Source of the DNA: Calcarisporiella thermophila CBS 279.70
Lineage: Eukaryota > Fungi > Calcarisporiellomycota
Length of the DNA stretch: 64,000 nucleotides
Direction of reading: 5' to 3'
Assembly: GCF_041956535.1 (NCBI RefSeq)
Contig: NW_027192195.1
Coordinates: 660,150-724,149, forward strand
Shown here: positions 38,475 through 51,796 of the stretch, piece after piece
Layout of the letters: each line of letters starts with the position of its first letter
How positions within the stretch are numbered: the stretch's first letter is position 1
Made by a program: the position numbers and the translations under genes
Notes under the pieces: generated by a model
The model's input: only the letters and a program-made list of their open reading frames with translations
The model's database searches: none
Told to the model about the DNA's origin: nothing

Positions 38475-39713
38475 ATGGCACCCGTACCCATAGCCGATGT
38501 GGTCATTACCGGCCTGTCGATGTTGGCCGGCCTGGTGATGATGGGCATGGTTCTGTATTTCCGCTGGCAGAAGCCCGATGTTGTCAACACCCCTTCATTT
38601 CACCTCAGCCTCTGGATTGGCCTCGCGGTAGTACTCAATGGGATCTTCTTCATACTGCGCTCCAATCATGAATTTCTCGATGATGTGCTGCTGCAAAACT
38701 ATGCGCTTGTCCGAGTGATGTTCTGGAGCAAGTTCGTGTTTACCCTATGGTTCGCATTCTTGATCGCATGCATAGCCATTGATTTGCAGCTGTCTTTCAT
38801 TCACCGCAAAGCCGACTTGCAACGGATTCAGCGATTTTACGCGCCGGTTTCCCTCGCGGCGGCCGTCATCATCACGATTCCTGCGTTGGCCAAGGGAATA
38901 ATGAGGTGGGATAGCCAACGAGTAAGCCCCTCTCTATTCTGCCCAATGGGGCGGGCATTGGAGCGCTAACTTTGTTTTGCTTGATAGCATTTCTTCAATG
39001 ACAACTGGAGTAACTCGGAGCGTATCTTGTTTGAGATTTTTGGATTCGACCTCTGGCTTGTCCTGGCCATCATCTACAGTCTAGGCGTGGTGGTAGCAGT
39101 GGTGGTGAAGGTCCGGCGAGAGCTTCGCCACACCAAGGAGAACCCCGGCTACAACGAGGAGGTCCTGCGCAACGAGTGGCTTCTCTACCAGTTTGTTCTC
39201 TTTGTTGCCCTCTACCCAATGGTCCTGGTCATCACCCAGCCCGCCGCGATTGTGACGGTGTGGCTGTATATTGGCGGCAAGGGATACATCCCCTATTTTG
39301 CGTTTTCCAGGCGTGCCGCCTCCGTCCTCGTGGCCTTTCAGGGGATTCTTAGCCTCGCCGTCTTTCTGCTTAACCCCTCGCTGAAGCGCGCGCTTTATGG
39401 AGACGCCGCCTCCCCATTTCAGGGTGCGAAGCCGATGGCCAGCGGGAGCGAGCGGACTGAACACAACTTGCCTTCCGCTCCCCACCCTCAGCCCGACTAT
39501 CCCTCAAATGAGTACGCCTATCGTCAGGACCAGTATGGCAACATGCCCCATGCGTATAGTGATAGCTACGAGCAGCCGCAGCAGCCTTCTGGGTATCCAG
39601 CGCACCCTGCCGCTATGAAAGGCTGGCAGGCCGGATCAGGGATGGAGGCGATGAGGGGGGCGCCAGTGCCTCCCAGGCATATGGAGGAAAGCACGCAGTG
39701 GACGCGGGACTGA
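38475..39713 (+). CDS. Orphan 7-transmembrane GPCR-like protein with Pro/Gln/Tyr-rich tail. Intron 38922-38988
   Basis: Seven hydrophobic segments; TM3 end CIAIDLQL, TM6 LYP, TM7 QGIL..AVFLLNP, reminiscent of cAMP-receptor/Git3-like GPCRs. Confidence 0.65.
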
Positions 39714-41936
39714 GTCTAAAAGGATGCACAAAAAGCACCCCCTGGCCCTAGTGCCAAAAAGACCTCTTCCTCCTATCATCCTATATTGAGCTTCTTGTAC
39801 TTTGTTTTATAAGTCATGATCATGATACCTTACCCCGGTCTTTTTTTTTTCCTACCCTAGACCTGCTCTCAAGCACTCTCAGCTTTCCCTTACATGCTCT
39901 TACTCTTAATATTTACATATCTTCTATTTTATTCATTGAACACAGCTGATACTGTTTAATACACGTGTATTTCTTTTTTCTTTAATTGAGATGCCCTATC
40001 TACGACTTGAGCACAAAAAAAAAAGATTCGAAGGGGGGGGGGGGTTCCGCACTGTGATTCAAAATTGTCGCACATACACGGAGGGCTTTGCGTCCACCGG
40101 CGAGTATGAGAGTAAGAATAAAGATTGCGATAGGTGGCTCAATGCCGCGCTAGGCCTATTCAAGCTCCTCCCTGATGGGAGGAGATAAATTTTCCAGGAT
40201 CCGCGCTGTTCTTCAGGAGGGCTTTGGACAAAAAGATAGTTTTATATGACCAGAAACATAGAGTATTAAGGGGCCCCGTCGTCGGCGCAAGGAGCTAGTG
40301 CAGCCAGACCGTGGGTCGCCGGCCCGCTCCTATGTGCGCGAGGATAGGGGCGGAGCCAGTGGCTCACTCAGGCTATCGCAGGGAGGAGACAGAGCTGGGC
40401 CAATGTAGGGGCCACGTAGCATGCCGATTTGCTTACGCCCGTCTCTCCTTGCTCTCCTTCCTTATCTGCTTGATTGCGGATTTCCCTTGTAGGGCCCCGC
40501 TAGTCCCTCTTTGTTATTGTGCAGCGGGGACTTGTTCCTCTTTAGGATCGCCCCAGGCACGCGCTTCTGTGTGCGTCATTGGTGCGTCTGATCTCATTGC
40601 TGAGAAAGGGATTTTCCCGCCTTTCCGGGGATCGGCATGGGATAGCCCGTGCGATATTTGGCGAGCGGAGGGGGAGCGAGCGGAGTGCGGCCACCCAGGC
40701 TCGCAGGTGGGGGGAGAGCGCGAGGGTCTGGCGTGCGGCCTGGCCTGGAAACTTTCACATGGCGGCCTCCCTAATCGGCGCCGCTTGTGCTCCTGCCGCC
40801 CTCGCCCTTGTCTTTCCCCACCACCCCCCACTGCCTAAAATGTATGCCTCGCTGTGTTCGGCAATTCCTTTGTTTTCCGATGGGGAGGAGGGAAAGAAGG
40901 TTCATGAGAACAAACCGACTGAGGTTGAAAGTGTGTGCTAGCTGGCCCGGTGACTGCGGATACAAAGGAAACCTTGTGAGGCCTTCCCTGGGCTGGCCGT
41001 CGGAGGCGGGGGACGACGGTTGGGAGCTGAGCCGGCGGCCGGCGGCGGGCAAGCCGTGGGGCAGTTTGGACAGTGCGGCGGGGCGGAGCGCAGCCCGGCA
41101 GGCTGGCAGGGCAGGGCAGGGCAGAGGCGGCGGGCCGGACAGGCCCCATTTTTGAGTTTGATTATCAAAGATGAAGAGATAAAGCCGGGCAGAGCCAACG
41201 GCTCGGCCAAATAGGCACAAGACCTCAACCTGCGACCGTGTCTGAGCTCATTCGCCAAATAGAGTTTGAAAAATTTTCCAATCTCCCGCTTTCCTCGGGT
41301 CGCTTTCTTTTTTTTTTTGAGGCGCAATCGCCAACGGTCGTTTCGCACCGGTCCCTTCGCGCTCTCCGTCTCCCCAAATTCGATTTTTTTTTTCTCTCTC
41401 CTCCAAAGTGTGGCGAGTATTCTTATTGAGAAACTCTTTTTTCGCGCAACTTTTCCCCCTCAACTCTTTTCTCTTCCCCCCTCCCTTACTCAGGCGAGGA
41501 CATGCTTTTGGCAATTTAAACTTGAAGTTTTACATATACCTCAACTATACTTTATTACCTGCGCTCATCTCCGTTCCCCTCCCTCCCCCTCCTCTTGATA
41601 CCATCCGGATTTCACGCCGCCCCCATCCCCCCCACGCATTCCAGCCAATCTTTCGTTTTGATCAGGGGAGTTTGACCACAAATCCCATCCCATCAACTCT
41701 CCTCCTGCGTCTTCGTGCCGCTTAATTATTTATCTTAGCACCGAACTAAAAGGTAAATAAATCAACCCCCTGATTTGATTCGATGGATCATGGGGGTCCC
41801 CTATTGTGCTGCGGTGCAAATAATCATGGATGGAGGAATTAGTTAATCGAGTCCCGATATCCCCTCTCCATCTGTCCCTAGGTTCCTCAAAGCTTCAGCT
41901 CTCCCTTTCGCTCGTGAAGATAATGCCCTTTTGCCT

Positions 41937-43349
41937 ATGAGCGTCACTGAGACTTTCTACGGGTTCATTGAATCGACACAGGACGCCCTGCTGCTGTTTG
42001 AGGCGTGCCGCAGGGGCATCTTGCCAAGAGTCTGTCGCCGGCTGCAGGAGAAGGAGCGGAAGCTCGTGCGCTCCGGGAGCGTGTTCATCTTCGACGAGCG
42101 CGAATCGGGCATCAAGCGATGGACCGATGGGCTGGTGTGGAGCCCCTCGCGCATCCTTGGCAACTTCCTTGTCTACCGCGAGCTCGAGAAGCGCGGCCCC
42201 GCGGGAAAGCGCGGGAACCTCTCCTCCCCCGACCGGCAGCACACCCACCGCGGCAGCGACCCCGACCTGCAAACGGAGCGCGACCGCGAGCGCTCGCTGG
42301 TGGGCTCGCTCACAAACTCGGAGCGCTTCAAGCGCGACGGGCTCATCAAAAAGACCATGTCGATCGTTGTCAACGGCGTGAGCCAGCACCTCGTGAGCTA
42401 CTACGCAATACAGGACGTCCTCGCGCGCCGCCTCGTCACCCCCACCTCCGTCCCCGAGCTCGCCGGGCTTGAGCTCTCGCCCGACCTCCTCCGGGAGCAA
42501 AATTTCCGCGTGCCGCTCACGCCCACGCCCCCCGGCCACGACGCCTACGCCCACCCGGACCCGTTCGCCTCCCCCTACCGGCCCGCGCAGCAGGCACAGC
42601 CGCAGACCCCGCACCACGCCCACGTCCTCCCCCCCTCCCTCTCGCACTCGCACTCGCACTCGCACTCGCACCACCACCACCATCACCACTCCCAGACCTC
42701 CCCCATCGCCGGCGGCCAGAGGCCTCTGTCGACCTCCTCCTCCTCCTACTACAAGCCGGAGGCCGGCGACGACCAGGGCGGCGGATCCGCCTTCGCCCCC
42801 TTCGGCGCCTCCTCCATGTACGGCAGCTCATTTGGCGACCTTTACTCGGCCGCGGCGGCGGCGGGCGGCCACCCCGAGGTGAAGCCCGACACCCAGCCTG
42901 GCTTCGAGTACGATGGGTATGGAAACGGGGCCCCCACCTCCACCAGCTTTACGTATATGCCCTCCCAAGGCAACCTTCTGGGCAACGAGCCGTCGTGGAA
43001 CCGTGCGCGACAGGGAGAGGAGGCTCGGCCGCGCGGAATCAACGGGTATCCGATGCGCAAGGGTGACCACGCCCCCCCCGCCGGCACCGCGACCGGGGGG
43101 GAGGGCGGGTGGGGCGCCGATGGGTCTGCGGGTGCCGACTACTCCACCCACGGTGCACAGCCCGGCCTCTCCATGCTCCCCGCCCCCTCCTATCCGCAGG
43201 ATCGCCATGCCTATGGCTACGGAGCCAGCGCGGGCTTGGGCGGTGGCGTGAGCGCGGGCGGTGGCCGGCTCAACAGTGGATCATGGGCCATGCACTCTTC
43301 AAGTATGCCGGTGTACCCCGGGCAGCCATACCCCCCGGATTCACATTAG
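41937..43349 (+). CDS. gti1: WOPR (Gti1/Pac2) transcription factor, Gti1/Wor1/Ryp1-type
   Basis: TFYGFIESTQDALLLFEAC, SGSVFIFDE..SGIKRWTDGLVWSPSRILGNFLVYREL, GLIKKTMSI, HLVSYY. Probable 5'UTR intron about 41753-41881. Confidence 0.93.
   Translation: MSVTETFYGFIESTQDALLLFEACRRGILPRVCRRLQEKERKLVRSGSVFIFDERESGIKRWTDGLVWSPSRILGNFLVYRELEKRGPAGKRGNLSSPDRQHTHRGSDPDLQTERDRERSLVGSLTNSERFKRDGLIKKTMSIVVNGVSQHLVSYYAIQDVLARRLVTPTSVPELAGLELSPDLLREQNFRVPLTPTPPGHDAYAHPDPFASPYRPAQQAQPQTPHHAHVLPPSLSHSHSHSHSHHHHHHHSQTSPIAGGQRPLSTSSSSYYKPEAGDDQGGGSAFAPFGASSMYGSSFGDLYSAAAAAGGHPEVKPDTQPGFEYDGYGNGAPTSTSFTYMPSQGNLLGNEPSWNRARQGEEARPRGINGYPMRKGDHAPPAGTATGGEGGWGADGSAGADYSTHGAQPGLSMLPAPSYPQDRHAYGYGASAGLGGGVSAGGGRLNSGSWAMHSSSMPVYPGQPYPPDSH
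42642..42689 (+). repeat. (TCGCAC)n/(CAC)n coding repeat (SHSHSHSHSHHHHHHH)
   Basis: Read directly within the WOPR CDS. Confidence 0.9.
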
Positions 43350-44098
43350 TTGCTTACTCTGCGGCCAGCCTTGTTTTTCTGACACACTTAAGGGTTTAGG
43401 ATCTTTTACGTTGACTCTTCTTTGCACGCACACGCTCTCTCCTATCTATCTCTATACGCGTTCTCTTTATTTTAAGAAAAAGAAATGATCGCTGGTTCAT
43501 GTGATACCCGTTCCTTCTTATTTTCTCTATCTTTATATCATTCCTCCTTATATTCTATTTTGAATAAGTTTTTTTTTTCCCTCCCTCCCGAATACTATAT
43601 CATAGTGTGCTGGTTCATGTGAGAGAATATATGTGTTTGTTTATTTAGCGTTTTTTTTTTGCCTCCCCCTTTTTTCTCTTCTCCTCTACCCTTAATTATA
43701 TTTATAATAGCTCTCTTCTCATTTCCTCTTTATTGATGTATGATTATCCTTTTTCGAATCGATTTTTTCTTCTTTTTTGTGTGTGTCTAGCGTACCACTC
43801 CCTCTTTTTCGTTTCTATTGCTCTTTTATCTTTTTTTTTTTACCTCCCTTTATCTTTATTGAAGTTGTCATGCTCGCGTGTATTTTGAAAGATGTCTTTT
43901 TTTTTTCTTCTAAATGTGTAGTTTTTCTTGTTTTTTTTTTCTTTTTTCCTTTTTTCTTTCTTTTAGTGTATGAGTGAGACTGCGCGACAGAGTGGAGAAG
44001 AGAAGGAAGAGAGGGAGTGTATTGTGTATATATAAAAAAGTGTTTTTTTTTGCGCTAGCAAAGTCTTGCTTTTCATCCATCGAGAAAAAAAAAAGAGC

Positions 44099-45178
44099 TT
44101 AGGAGATCAGAATCACCCAGCCAAGCACGAAGTAGAAGAGGAATAGAGGATAGGAGGCGAGGGCACGGCGGTTGGCGAAGTGTGAGCCAGAAAGAAAGTT
44201 TAGAGAGGCTACCGAGCGAGGAGGCGGGGCGAGTTAAGAAGAAAAAAAGAGCCAAAAATAAAGTTAGTCGTGCCCAAGGTTTTGGGGAGAAATGCAAGAG
44301 GCATGAGATCCGATGCTTTACCATAGGCAGACCACACGTAAGCGACAAGCACAACCGGTAGCCGGATGAGGATTGCGCGGAAGAAAAGAGAGACGAGCGA
44401 AGAGGCCACCAGGGGGAAGAGACAGTAGCCGAGGACGCACACCGCCTGAAAGAAGGATCTAGGTTATATTCGAGCGGGCTAAGTTAGCGGCGGCCCAAGT
44501 CACGAATAGGACAGATATAAGGGCGGAGGAAGGCTGGCTACTTACACGGCTCCGCCCAGTAGTTTGGCATTCAGCGTGACCACCGCTGCACCACACCAAA
44601 CGATGACGAACACGCCGGTGAAGACAATAACGGACTGGTCAGGAGGCGCGGTGATACTCAGAACTCTACAAGGGACGAGATTTAGAGTCGGGAATGGGCC
44701 CGGAAAGCGCGAGGGGCTTACTTACATTGCAAGGGAAAGGCACAGAAAAAGAGGGCCCCACAAATCCCCTGTAAAATACTCAATGTTAATTCACTGGATC
44801 CGCTCATCTTTACCGGAATACACTGTGATATTGATTAGCATTGGAGTACCTACAGTCTCTCAAGACATCCCCGCGGCCCTTTGGATAGAGAACTTGCTTC
44901 ATTTTTTCGCCAATGTTTCTTAAATCTCGCATGATGGTTGTTGTCACCGGCTCATCTAATGTCTCAAGCTCGACTCCAGTATTGACATAGGGGCTATGTT
45001 GGGGGATTGGGGTGGGATTAGGGCTGGAGCCAATGTTTCCAGAGACAGGTTTGGTATCGACCGGTTTAGATGAGAGATCATAGTCGTCGGCTTCAATAGT
45101 AACGTGATGAGACAATGAAGGGGTCTCCTCGGTAATGAGAGGATTGGACGAGAATGGATTGGAGTATGGATCGGTCAT
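44099..45178 (-). CDS. YIPF6: Yip1-domain protein (YIPF6/Yip4-like)
   Basis: TLDEPVTTTIMRDL, LRD|WDLWGPL, VTLNAKLLGG, SFFQAVCVLGYCLFPL, RRALASYPLFLFY. Confidence 0.92.
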
Positions 45179-46429
45179 AATAGCGGTGCTAGCGAGTATT
45201 AACTTTGAATGCCCAAGAGATTTTTCCTTCAACGCGAATGGGACGAGTAACTCGCGTGGCTTAGGGAGTTATTAGAGATGGTGGCAAAAAAATTCCAGGT
45301 ACAAGATTTTACCATGCACTCGAGGAAACCACCCTTGGAAAACTATTCTGGGTTACTCCAGGTATGCGTGATAAATGCTTTACAAAGTACGGAGAAAGAG
45401 GGGCCTATGGTCTCCTATAATTTGTATAATACACCAAGAGATATTGCCCTGATCACATGTAGATATAATGCTATTTTGAATCTAGTATTCCAAGTTGTGC
45501 AAGTGTGATCTCGTTTTAACTCACTCTGACCACTATACTCCTCTCAGAGCGCTATTCTCTGCTACTTCTTCAGAGGATATGTAATGGAGGATCGGGTCTG
45601 GTATATCTTATTTTCTACGGAACTAGGCTTCATGGCAGCTGAGATGGTGAAGTTTTCAGGAATAAATCCAATTTGTTCGAATTAGCAGTGCTACTTTTTC
45701 TTCCGGCTGCCTTAATTTGCTTTATTTTATAAACTCTACTGAACAAAACCTTGCCAGAAATTTCTCGGAGTCTACCTCTCTAATGGCGTCATGTATATCA
45801 GGGCATGCGGGAGCTTGTGTTCTGATTTCTATCTCTCAGTTGGGGTATCTCAGGGTGGCGGGGGTCGGGATGGAGTATCGGTAGGACTCAGCACCGATGC
45901 CAGAATAACCTCTTGCATTATATTTTTTTCTACTGCTGAGAAGCATAGCAAGGAGGATATGAAGGAAGCCTAAGGAAATAGGAATGAAAAGGGTAAAAGG
46001 ATGCAGGGTATTCTAGCTTAAAAACATCAATATACAACAAACAACCGAAAACAATTTAAGGGTTTCACTAGCTCATTGTAGCGCGTCCAGTATTCTCATT
46101 GATTTTTGGTAAAAGCAGAAAAAATGGAAACAATAAAATGCATGTAATGCTCGACGCACTTTGTCAATCTCCTCTAAGATTAAGAAAACGTGTCCAGAAC
46201 GATAAGATTAAGAGGGAGCAGTCACAGGGTTGGCCATAGAAACACCGAGAGAGAGAATCCAAGGTTGAATTGACACCAATTCTTTGTGAAAATGCTTTTT
46301 CTCTGATCCGTCTCCCCTCGTGCGGCCTTGTCCCGTTGACCTACTCTGTGATCTATTATTGTTGTTATAGCAGATTTTGTGCAAATCGGCAGTTGTTTTC
46401 ATTAGTTTTCCCACATTGTTTCTTGGATA

Positions 46430-49400
46430 ATGTCCTTGTTCCAATGTATAGCAACCAATAATGTTGAGCTTGCTCGCACACTCCTACGCAATGTGCGCTG
46501 GTCCAATCACCCACAGGAGGGCTCACCTCGCCTTTCCGCTGGCAGCGGAAGCTACCAGAGACACTCCCTACAAGGCTCTTCCGGAAAATACTTGTGTGAT
46601 CCAAACAAGCGATCCACGTTAGGCAGAACGCCGCTTCACCTTGCTGCATCGAAAAACCGTGTAGAAATTGCAAAGCTTCTGGTGGAGTGCCCGGCTGTGA
46701 ACATCAACCTACAAGATCTGGAAAATGGCTGGACTGCATTGCACAGGGCGCTCTATTCGGGAAATCTAGAGATTGCGCTGATATTGATGTCAAGAAAGAG
46801 CATTGATCTTCACATCAAGGTAATCACTGCTTCTATCCCTATTCTCTCCCTAGTATGATAAGGGTAGTGGCATCTAATCGTCGGATTCATAATGGTCGAT
46901 TTTATTAGGATTATGATGGCAATACTGCATTCGATCTCCTTAATTCCACCGTTGAAGGTACGGCCCCGCCTCTTACCATCACGGAGGGCGACGAGCTCTT
47001 CACGTGGGGACTCAACGCCAACTATGTCCTGGGTCACCCTGACTCGGACAATCGCACATTTCCTGAACATGTACACTTTTTCAATACCACTATACACGCA
47101 GACCTTGCTCGCATGTCAATACGCGAAATTGCCATGGCAAAAATGCACACTGCCGTGGTGACTTCCGAGCCCATGGATAATCTGTACTTGTGTGGGTTTG
47201 GGCGTGGAGGCCGGCTTGGCCTTCGCGCTGAAACACAGTTGACCCTTAAAAGGGTGGCCGGACTGAATGCCCAGGTCAAGACGGTGGCTCTGGGAAGAGA
47301 TCACACCGTGGTGGTGACAGCGAAGGGAGATGTCTACACATTTGGAAGTAACCGACATGGCCAACTAGGATATGTGGTGGATGTAGCCGAGAACGAGGAG
47401 CCTCTACAACAAAGCCCCCGAAAGGTGATCGCCACCCTCAAGAAGGAGATAATCTTGGGTGCGGCGGCAAGCCGTGTGCACACGGTGGTGCACACAGAGA
47501 CAGACATGTATTCGTTTGGACTGCACCAGGGTCAACTTGGTAAGAAGCGTGGCATATTTATTTCAAGTCTCCACGATGATACATCTTCTCACACCCCCTC
47601 TCCTCCCAATCTATGCTGTAGGATATCCAAAAAATACACACAGCGATATCCAACCGGTTCCTCGCAACATGTTCGTTGCCCCTTCAGGCCAAAAGATCCT
47701 TCAAGTTGCTGCAACCGAAAAGGCAACGGCCTGCTTATTATCCACTCACGACGTTCTCGTCTTTGCCGATTACAGCTCACACCGAGTCATGTAAAGTCCT
47801 CCTTTCTCATATCTTAATGATGACTTTGTGATCACTGATTAATGTTGCCGCTACAGATTCCCAATGGAGCGATTCCCACCCGAAATATCCGTTTACCGCC
47901 ATGAGCCCAACTACATTGTCAGAATTCTGTCCGGGGGGGACCAGTTTTTGGGAGCAGTTTCCTCTACCGGTGATTTCTATACATGGTCGACAAATGGTTT
48001 TGGTGCTTCCAGCGGTGATCACCCACTCCCTCGTCGCAATCAGCGTCGCCATGCTGTCTCGGATCCGAAGCGTGTATGGTCGCTCCGAAAAAAGCATTTC
48101 GCCGTTAGAGACGCGGCGATTGGCCAAGATGGCGCGGTTTTGATTGCCACCGAGAGCGGACACGTCTTTTACGGGGTTCCCAGGAAGGAAGTCAAGCGTG
48201 ACAAGAGCGGGGTGGGGAAAAAATTCCACAAGTTTTCTCGGGTGCAGTATTTGCAGCGCGTGGTGATGGTTAGAGCAAGCCCTCAGGGAGCCTTTGCCGC
48301 AGTGAAGAGCAATGTACTACGGGAGGCATTGTCTGTTCGAAATACGGCGATGGATGAGGATCTGAGAAAAGTGTTGACTCACTTGAGCCTGGAAGAATCT
48401 GCGAATAAGGGGAGGGAAGAAATGAAGGAAGAAGGGGCTGACGATGCGGATGGGGAGAATGAGGAGACGACAAGCGGAGGGAGTGACAGTGAGAATCTGC
48501 CTGCAGATAGTCTGACCAAAAATAACACCGAGAAAAAAGCTACAAGGCATGGCAGCGGAGCTAGAAGCTCAGCACACACCGTCGCCATGCCACTTGCGAA
48601 CATACACAAGCTGTGGGATAGCCAACCTCCCCTTCCTTCAAAGGGTGGCGATTTTGCATTTCTCGTGGAGGGGCGTCGTGTGTGGGCGCATCGGGCCATT
48701 CTCGCGGCCCGAAGTCGTGTCTTTTTGGAAGTTTTCCGAGAGACAGACCCAGCTCGCCAGCGTGAGCTTGCTGCGGAACTCGGCAGTGTGCGGTGGTGTG
48801 ACGAGGGATTGGGGGGGCGTCGATACCTTGAGCTTCAACTGGGAGGCGGATTTCTCATGCAGTCAATATTGCTCTTGCTTGAATATCTCTATACCGACCG
48901 GTTTATCCCAATCTGGCAGCCATCGCTTTATAATTCTCAACCTCACTCGCTCAAGCTGTCCGAGGAGGATGCTCGCATTGCGCAGACTGTACTTGCGGAT
49001 CTCAAGCGGTTGGCCCGCATATTGGAGCTGCCCCTACTGAGAAACGCTCTGCACTCTTTTTCTTGTCGCCCAGCGCCCTCTCTCACCACTGATCTCGCCA
49101 AATTTTGTCCTCTGGTTATTCGAAGTGCCGGGGAGGGAACATGGGAAGCAGAGACGGCTGGGAGCAATGGGGAGTATCTTGCCGATACGTACATCCGGCT
49201 TGCAGACGGTGTCGTGCAGTGCCACGAGATCATACTAAAGAGGCGGTGCCGATTTTTTGATGCGTTGCTGGATACTGAATGGGTGCGGCATCGCTTGGAT
49301 GAGGCCCGGCGTCAATACCCTGTTTTGCTGGGGGCCAAAGTCAGCAGCGGACACGCTTGTGGGGACCGAAGCGGTGTGGTGGTCGACTTGGCGCATCTAC

Positions 49401-51444
49401 GGTGGGAAGTTTTCCAATATGCGCTGCGAAATCTGTATGGCGCAGAAGGCAGCGAGGCTCTGCAGGAAGTGCGGTGCGAGACGTTGGATGGATTCATCGA
49501 GCTACTTTTCGAGATCCTTGCTGTTGCGAACGAACTTCTCCTCTCTGAGCTCAAGGAGGCGTGCGAGGCGGTCATTTTCAGGTTTTTGCATCTACGGAAT
49601 GCAGTAGCCATTCTGGAGATCGCCAGTACCTATGAGGCATCGCAGTTGAAGCAAGCGTGTCTGAAATACTTGTGTACCAATTTGGAGACGGTCCTGGAAT
49701 CCCGCCTAATCGACGGCTTGGCGCCGGAGCTGCTGGCTGATCTGGAGGCCGAGTTGCGTGAGCAGCAGCTGAATAAGATGCCAGTATCGCGAGGCGGAAA
49801 GCTTATCCCACCTGTACCCGAGGATATGCCAAGCGAGGTGGAGGACGTGTGGGACGGGACTGGTACGAAATGGTATGATGCAAGGAGAGAATCGGCGGTC
49901 CTGTCCTCCTCTCTCGAGGCTAAACAGGAGATTGCCGTCGGTTCATATCGCTCCATAGCGACCTCATCCTCGATCGCCGACGAGGACGGAATAGAGCTTC
50001 CTAGTGCCCTGGACCACGAGGAGCCAGGAGACACCGAGGGGGCCTCCGACATGATCTTCCGTATGGATTCCGATTCACCCGCACGACATCCGGCTTCTCC
50101 GGCATATAGCCAGCGCAGAGACGAGGAGGAATTCACAGTTGTGATGCGAAGGAGAAGATCGTCGGCATCTCCACTTGCTAAATCACCTGGCCTGCGCTCC
50201 CATCCGCAACCAATGGCGGATTTGATGTCTCCTGCCGCTTCAAGCTCCATTGGCGATGGGTCTCCGAGGAATGGATCGAATGTAAACGGAAACTGGACAC
50301 GCACCGAGGCTACTGAGTCGTAAGTTCCATGCTTTTGCCCCTGGAATCCAAAACTTCCCCCTATTCACGACGAATAATATTTATATTCTATATATTTAGG
50401 CCGAAGGTCGATTTTCGAAAAATCATGGAGGAACAAGGAAGTGGCCACTCGGCTCCTTCCACCAGACACTCCAATGCCGTTTCCAATCTATCCCCATCTA
50501 AACCTGACAACTTTGCAGGCAAAGTGCAGCAAAATGCCCCCACCTCGCCCTCTGCTGCCGTCCCAACGTCTCCTGCTTCCACATATCTGACCCCTGGTGC
50601 AGGATCTTCGCAGTGGCCAACATTGATGTCTTCTACAGTGACTACACCACCCCGGCAAGCATCATCGAAACCTTCGCAGCCGCCTATGTCCGTCTCAAAG
50701 CCCTCGCACTCTACTTCAGAAGAGGCGGCACCATACGCCTTCAAGCATAAGCTTTCTCAGAAGGAGCGGCGCAGGCTGGCTAAAGAGGAATCCCGAATGG
50801 AGCCTAATGGCCAGCGGAAGCCAGCGTGGGTCGGATGGAATGTGCCTAAGCCGGAGTCAAACTCTGCTGGCGCTGCTGCGGGTGGAAATGCGCCCGCTAA
50901 GAGCTCCTTTTTGGGAATACAGATGCAGCAGTTAAAGACTGAGAAACGGGTGAGCGCGAAAATCCACCCCTCTGACGCCAAATCCGGATGGTCTAGGTAA
51001 GTCTGGTTTTGTTTGGGCTAAGAGCGTGGTGGCTTGCTGACGTTCTCTCCACCCTTCCATAGCCATAATCCATGGGCCAACGATTCTGGTGTGGATAAAT
51101 TCTCAGGAAGGGAAACCGCCGGCCGCTCCGCCTCAATAGATGCCAGCCATTCCGCGCTCGAAGCACGGCCGACCTATTTTGTCGCCCACCGCCGTATCCG
51201 CCGCCCATCTCAGCCCTCTACCTCCAATGCCCTGGCGGTTGCCAGCAGCCCGCCATCCTCCTTCGCCTCGATTCAGAATCAGCAGCTGCTTGAACAGCAG
51301 CTGGCACGTCGCACCCGCAAGAAGAACCTTACTCGTATACAATACGAGGAGCGCGCACTCGAAGAAATGAAGATCCACTATGCCTTGCTGGCCGAGATGG
51401 GAAGTGGCGAGTGGTATACATGGACAATGATAGAGGAGGAGTGA
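46430..51444 (+). CDS. IBTK: Ankyrin + RCC1 + BTB protein (IBTK/btb1-like Cul3 adaptor)
   Basis: GRTPLHLAA and DLENGWTALHRALYSGN (ankyrin); TWGLNANYVLG, CGFGRGGRLG, TFGSNRHGQLG (RCC1); two BTB domains (AHRAILAARS, CHEIILKRRCRFF); KLSQKERR. Confidence 0.9.
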
Positions 51445-51796
51445 GTTTAGACCTTTGTTTTTTTTATTTTTCTCTCTCCTCAGGGTCCACCTTGAATTTT
51501 GTTTTATACTCTATTCTCATACACGTGGAACTAAAATTATTTTAATTAATTTAATTTACTCTTTTATGAATACGGGAATCTAAACTCAATGTAAGAGGGA
51601 TCTGGCGGGACGTCGCCCGACCTCCTTAAATCAGCCCCTATTTTGGCTCAGGAAAGAAGGCGGGGTAACATCCCGCAAAGCTTCTGCATCTATACATAGA
51701 AATGGGAGCACGAATTGACAGAGATCTACGATGAGCCTCAACTCCTCGTTTTCCCCTCCACCCCCCCTTCTCCCGATAAAACTTGAGCAGAACTCC

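Noticed and set aside
40311-41725. Many overlapping ORFs upstream of WOPR
   Set aside because: Expected in GC-rich non-coding DNA; no domain signal.
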